A stretch of 64,000 bases of DNA from Planctomycetota bacterium. Lineage in GTDB: Bacteria > Planctomycetota > PLA2 > JAEUHO01. Position 1 is the stretch's first letter. Each line of letters opens with the position of its first letter. A program made the translations under genes and the position numbers. Under the pieces are notes generated by a model. That model worked only from the letters and a program-made list of their open reading frames with translations, had not been told where the DNA came from and did not search any database. Positions 59,974 through 64,000 of the stretch are shown one piece after another. Location: positions 2,784,001 to 2,848,000 of the forward strand of contig CBDCTJ010000007.1 in NCBI GenBank assembly GCA_965222115.1. The letters run 5' to 3'.

Positions 59974-60052
59974 GAGTACTCCTCGTCGTGCGCGCCGATC
60001 ATTCGGGACGCTCCGCAGAGTTTACCGGCAGTTTCGGCTCGCGTACGGTGCC

Positions 60053-60304
60053 CTACGGGGACGTTGGTTTGTCGTCACGCCCGGTGATCGTGCCGTGACG
60101 ACGAACCGGCTTGGCCGCGCGTACCCACCAAATCATCAAGGCCGCAAGCGCGACTACGATGAATAGTTCGGGATCGAAGAGCGCACCTCGTCCATTGGCC
60201 CAGCGAAAGAGAACGCGCATGAGTAGAACGGTGCCGAAGCCCGCGACGCTGTAGGCCACAAGCTTTCGAATCGTGTCCGCCATGCGGGGGCTGACGTCAC
60301 TCAT
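60053..60304 (-). CDS. Small two-TM hypothetical protein
   Basis: Two hydrophobic helices; operon position. Confidence 0.55.
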   Translation of the reverse strand: MSDVSPRMADTIRKLVAYSVAGFGTVLLMRVLFRWANGRGALFDPELFIVVALAALMIWWVRAAKPVRRHGTITGRDDKPTSP

Positions 60305-60309
60305 CCGGC

Positions 60310-61413
60310 CTACCGGGTCACGCCGATGCTCGTCAGCCACTCTCGTTCGAGGTCCTTCGTCGAGGCGCCAAGCGCGCGATTGAGCTCACGTCGAGGCAAT
60401 TCGCCTCGCAATAATCTTCGAACGAGATCCAGCACACCTGCGCGACGACGCGAGTTGCCGCCGTCCATGAGGAAGCCCATCAGGCTGGCGGTCTGGTCAT
60501 AGTGCCGACCCTCGAATTTGGACTGGTTCATCTCGAAGAGTTCTGCAAGCGGCGTCCATTGATTCCATGCGAGTCGGCGACGGAATCGATCAAAGCGGGG
60601 CTGACTTGTGTTCTGCCCCGGTCCATCGCCAAGGCGCTCTGACCACACGGCAATGGCTTCCCACATCCAAAACCAACCTTCACCGAAGGGGCGACCCCGC
60701 AACCGACCGGTACGTGCAAGGTCCAAGATTTGATGCGTCATTTCGTGTCGCACATCTGCCTGCCATGGCAATGCACCCTGACGCGCAGGTTCGGCACAGA
60801 TGTTGACGACGCCTGAGCGACTGTCGTAGAACGCACCCCATGTAACGGGGTTGGCGACCAATCCGCGCAACTTCTGTTCAAACTCTTGACGCGTTGCGGT
60901 AATGACGACGGGAAGTGGATCGCGGGGTAGTCGCACTTCGAGTACGGTCGAATAACTCGACATGAATCGACGAACGTGATTCTCGGATTCGCGTGCCATT
61001 TCAACCGCGCGATGCCAGGAAACATTCGAGCGCACGGTGACATGATCGGTGCGGAGGCGAAAGCCGCGATCGGCCGTGGCGTCTCCGCTTAGCGCCGATT
61101 CAAACGGAACATATCTTTGGCCATTGAATATTTCGCCGCGGCGATAGGCCTCGACATGTTCGCGTTCGATCCAGAGTAGATCGTCTACTTTGACCCAGCC
61201 GAGTTTTGATGGATCGCCTCCACTGAAACTGGGCATGCGCGGGCCACCACTTCGATAGCGCGGCGCGTCTTCAATCGAAGCGCCGAGCCCATCGCCGTCG
61301 AGCGGCACGTTCCCGGCACAGGCCGCCAAGGCGAGCATCGCGAACGTGGCAAAGACGCCGAATCGAGCGCGTACGAGGAAAGAAGTGCGGCATGGCGGTG
61401 GATGAAGAAACAT
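60310..61413 (-). CDS. Gluzincin-like (DUF1570 / peptidase MA-like) lipoprotein
   Basis: HEMTH followed by WMWEAIA; lipobox LAAC; real start probably nearer 61340. Confidence 0.72.
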   Translation of the reverse strand: MFLHPPPCRTSFLVRARFGVFATFAMLALAACAGNVPLDGDGLGASIEDAPRYRSGGPRMPSFSGGDPSKLGWVKVDDLLWIEREHVEAYRRGEIFNGQRYVPFESALSGDATADRGFRLRTDHVTVRSNVSWHRAVEMARESENHVRRFMSSYSTVLEVRLPRDPLPVVITATRQEFEQKLRGLVANPVTWGAFYDSRSGVVNICAEPARQGALPWQADVRHEMTHQILDLARTGRLRGRPFGEGWFWMWEAIAVWSERLGDGPGQNTSQPRFDRFRRRLAWNQWTPLAELFEMNQSKFEGRHYDQTASLMGFLMDGGNSRRRAGVLDLVRRLLRGELPRRELNRALGASTKDLEREWLTSIGVTR

Positions 61414-61433
61414 CGCGGCGTAGGATACCGCCT

Positions 61434-61940
61434 ATGGCCCGTAAGTCCTCGCGTTCCAAATCCAAAGCTTCGAGCGCCAAAAATGGCGCTCCCGAGGGGC
61501 CGAAACGGATTGTTCTGGCGACCAATCGCAAGGCGCGCCACAAGTTTCACATCGATACGACCATGGAGGCGGGTCTCGTGCTACTGGGCAGCGAGGTCAA
61601 ATCACTCCGAAACCAGACCCCCACGCTCTCAGAGGGATACGCGCGCTTGGAAGGAGAGCAATTATGGCTCTACGGCGTCCATATCGCCATGCTCCCCCAG
61701 GCCAGTTGGCTGAATCATGAGCCCATGCGCAAACGATTGTGTCTCATGCACAAGCGCGAGATCAAGAAGTTGCGGCTGAAGTTGGAAGCCAAGGGCATGA
61801 CGCTGGTTCCGCTTTCGCTCTACTTCAAGGGATCGCGGGTGAAGGTGGAGCTTGGGCTGGGGCGTGGGCGTCGCAAGGGTGATAAGCGCAATCGCGAGCG
61901 GGAGAAATATGACCGCAAGGCGATTCGGGAGCATCGGTGA
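61434..61940 (+). CDS. smpB: SsrA-binding protein
   Basis: NRKARHKF, EAGLVLLGSEVKSLR, NHEPMR, TLVPLSLYF, GDKR. Confidence 0.97.
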   Translation: MARKSSRSKSKASSAKNGAPEGPKRIVLATNRKARHKFHIDTTMEAGLVLLGSEVKSLRNQTPTLSEGYARLEGEQLWLYGVHIAMLPQASWLNHEPMRKRLCLMHKREIKKLRLKLEAKGMTLVPLSLYFKGSRVKVELGLGRGRRKGDKRNREREKYDRKAIREHR

Positions 61941-62178
61941 TATCTACCCACAGGAGAGGACAAGGGTCAAGATTCGGCGAGAGATTCAGGTTCAGAAGGG
62001 GACGCGGCGGGACGGATTCCGGAGACAAGGGGGTTGTCGCCGCGTTATGATGGATGGATTGATCTTTGACAGATGGCCGTACATCAACGCACCAGTTTCA
62101 TGCTGTGTGCATCTGCGAGACATGAACCACCCGTGGACTTGAACGAACACGGGCCGTGAACAACGACTTTTCGTGCAT

Positions 62179-62536
62179 GGGGGCGAATGGACTCGACCGG
62201 GTGCCGGCTTGTTTTGGTCGCGCGCCGGGGATCCAGGCTGGCCCTCGTTACCAACCGTCTGGAAAACTCAGTTGCCAACAGCAGCTATTCTCTCGCGGCC
62301 TAATTAGCGCCGCGCGATCGCTCCCCTCTGCCTACCAGGGGATGTCGATTGCCATACGGTGGGCTGGCCCTCATCACACCGCGGGTTGCGGTTAGGGCGA
62401 GACTCTACCCGCTGGCCGGATCGCAAGCCTGTTCGGGGGCGTTCGATCTAGCGAGACCTAAAGCCACGAACTACGCGCGTAGAAGCCACTGCTTGCTCAC
62501 CTAGGGACGGGGGTTCGATTCCCCCCGCCTCCACCA
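62179..62536 (+). ncRNA. ssrA: tmRNA
   Basis: 5' GGGGGCG / 3' CGCCTCCACCA with G3:U pair; GGTTCGATT T-loop; tag ANSSYSLAA* at 62274-62303; follows smpB. Confidence 0.96.
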
Positions 62537-62573
62537 CTTCTCGCTCTCGATCCTGATGTTCGGTCTGCCTAAT

Positions 62574-62684
62574 TCCACGTCCACGTCCACGTCCACGTCC
62601 ACGTCCACGTCCACGAGCTGGCGTGAATCGACTATCGGACGCTCACACTTGAATCCGGGTCACGGGTTGCGGGTGACGGGAGAG
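62574..62684 (+). repeat. Dispersed repeat copy with (TCCACG)7
   Basis: Tract 62574-62615, then GAATCGACTATCGGACGCTCACACTTGAATCCGGG and a CGGGTNA-type tail. Confidence 0.88.
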
Positions 62685-62755
62685 CGCTACTGGATGACAC
62701 ACGCAATTTGCGCCCGGCACCAATCTGCGGGAATCGGCGCATGAATGGGAGCGCC

Positions 62756-63142
62756 TCACTCCCTCCAACGGCGGATTAGTGCATTCAACATCGCGCGAAC
62801 GCGATCTAGGTCGCGGAGCGCTGGTACTGCGCTCGCATCCGTGAGGATGCCCATCGCATCCATGAGGTCGAGTGCCGCCGCGGCCTCGACACACTCGCCG
62901 CGAGCGATAGAGAATGAACGGTGCTTGGCGCCCGCGCCAGCGCGCCCTATGCCTTCAGCGATGTTTAGGACGACGGCTGTAGAGGCTCGCCGAGCTTGGC
63001 TTGCAAGCTCGGCGTTGCCTCGCGGTAGCGATCCACAAAGCTGATGAATACTGGCAGCCGCGCGCCGCGCAATTCGATACACATCGAATCGTTCAAGCCG
63101 ACCCGCCGTGGAAGTAACCGAGAACTGTTTGCTGTGTGACAT
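62756..63142 (-). CDS. Four-helix-bundle protein (23S rRNA IVP / bAvd-like family)
   Basis: ERFDVY, LASQARRASTAVVLNIAEG, IARGECVE..AALD; GGAG RBS. Confidence 0.9.
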   Translation of the reverse strand: MSHSKQFSVTSTAGRLERFDVYRIARRAAASIHQLCGSLPRGNAELASQARRASTAVVLNIAEGIGRAGAGAKHRSFSIARGECVEAAAALDLMDAMGILTDASAVPALRDLDRVRAMLNALIRRWRE

Positions 63143-63273
63143 ACGAGAAGCTCCACGAGGAAACACCCGCGGGAATGCGAGTGCCTGCCCTCGCCCTCGT
63201 GGCGAATGGGGCATGCACGTAGCACTTCCCAAAGGGTGTTGCCCAGTGCACCTTCAAGTCACATAGCAATCAG

Positions 63274-63465
63274 TTCGGTGCTCAATCGGTGTCGCTCGTA
63301 TGCGGCTGTCGCGCTCCTGCCACCCGCTCTTCACGTCCACGTCCACGTCCACGTCCACGTCCACGTCCACGTCCACGTCCACGTCCACGTCCACGTCCAC
63401 GTTAGGGCGGCGCGAATCGATCATCGGACGCTCAAACTTGAGTATGGGTTCCGGGTGACGGGAAC
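63274..63465 (+). repeat. Full-length dispersed repeat copy with (CACGTC)~12
   Basis: 48-nt head matching 57738-57785 with one mismatch; tract 63332-63402; conserved core follows. Confidence 0.9.
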
Positions 63466-63671
63466 TTGGGCAACACCGCCGGGTGCCCCAGCGCCTTCGG
63501 TACGCGCGGGCGCCGCTTGTGATGGAACTCCAGCTTGAGAACGAGTTGTCGCGTTTGAGCGGGGCTTCCTCTGTACGACCCGCTCGCGTGCGCCCTCCTT
63601 CGCCTTCGGCTCCTTCACGAAGGGCACACGCGAGCAAACGGCTTGCGTTCCTTTCACGCTGGAGTTCCATC

Positions 63672-64000
63672 ATGACAAGCGCGTCTTCCACGCTCGAATA
63701 CCTCAAACGCTTCGATGTCTACCGTGCTTCGCAGGCCGCGGCGGTCGCGTGCGTCGCAATCTGCAATGCATGGCCTCGAGGCCACGCAAAGCTCGCCGAT
63801 CAACTCAGGCGCGCAAGTACAAGCGTGGCGCTTAACGTCGCCGAAGGCCTATCGAAGCGGCGGCCAGCCGAGAAGCGCAGGGCCTACGACATCGCACATG
63901 CCGAATGCACCGAAGCCATTGCCGCTCTACATCATGCGCTACTACTCGGACTCGCCAGCGACGCCGTGATCTCACGTGCGATGAACTCCCTGGAGCAATG
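63672..64000 (+). CDS. Second four-helix-bundle protein (truncated by the window end)
   Basis: Manual translation MTSASSTLEYLKRFDVYRAS..LADQLRRASTSVALNVAEG..IAHAECTEAIAAL; GGAG RBS; absent from the ORF track. Confidence 0.88.
   Translation, partial: MTSASSTLEYLKRFDVYRASQAAAVACVAICNAWPRGHAKLADQLRRASTSVALNVAEGLSKRRPAEKRRAYDIAHAECTEAIAALHHALLLGLASDAVISRAMNSLEQ

Noticed and set aside
63206-63706. ORFs with VHVHVH/DVDVDV runs, and similar RGRGRG, STSTST, TPTPTP ORFs at 30951, 62556 and 57695
   Set aside because: They are translations of the hexamer tracts of the repeat family, in inconsistent frames between copies.
62536-64000. Prophage or integrative island at ssrA
   Set aside because: No integrase or duplicated ssrA 3' end within the window; cannot be excluded beyond it.

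Overview
GC-rich (roughly 60% by eye) bacterial chromosomal window, probably Planctomycetota (inferred from gene content and repeat style). The backbone is housekeeping: ddl, a UDPGP/UAP-type pyrophosphorylase, rpmF-plsX-fabD-fabG-acpP-fabF, alaS, thpR-recA, comF, anmK, purM, dxr-rseP, sfsA, smpB and tmRNA. Signalling modules include FIST/hybrid kinase/response regulator, ECF sigma/anti-sigma/TPR-CHAT protease, and a class III adenylate cyclase. The most unusual signals are: (1) a ~315-nt pseudo-symmetric, multi-junction structured element at 31075-31389; (2) a dispersed intergenic repeat family (6 copies, 5 carrying a variable (CACGTC)n tract), two copies of which sit beside a divergent pair of four-helix-bundle (IVP/bAvd-like) genes after tmRNA; (3) a probable UGA-recoded selenoprotein redoxin with a degenerate acyl-carrier-protein-like insertion; (4) a 12-Cys secreted miniprotein next to a MauE/DoxX fusion protein; (5) a 28-bp tandem amplification of the fabF 3' end. 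A few apparent frameshifts may be assembly indels. All base-pairings and alignments were made by eye, and no database searches were run.
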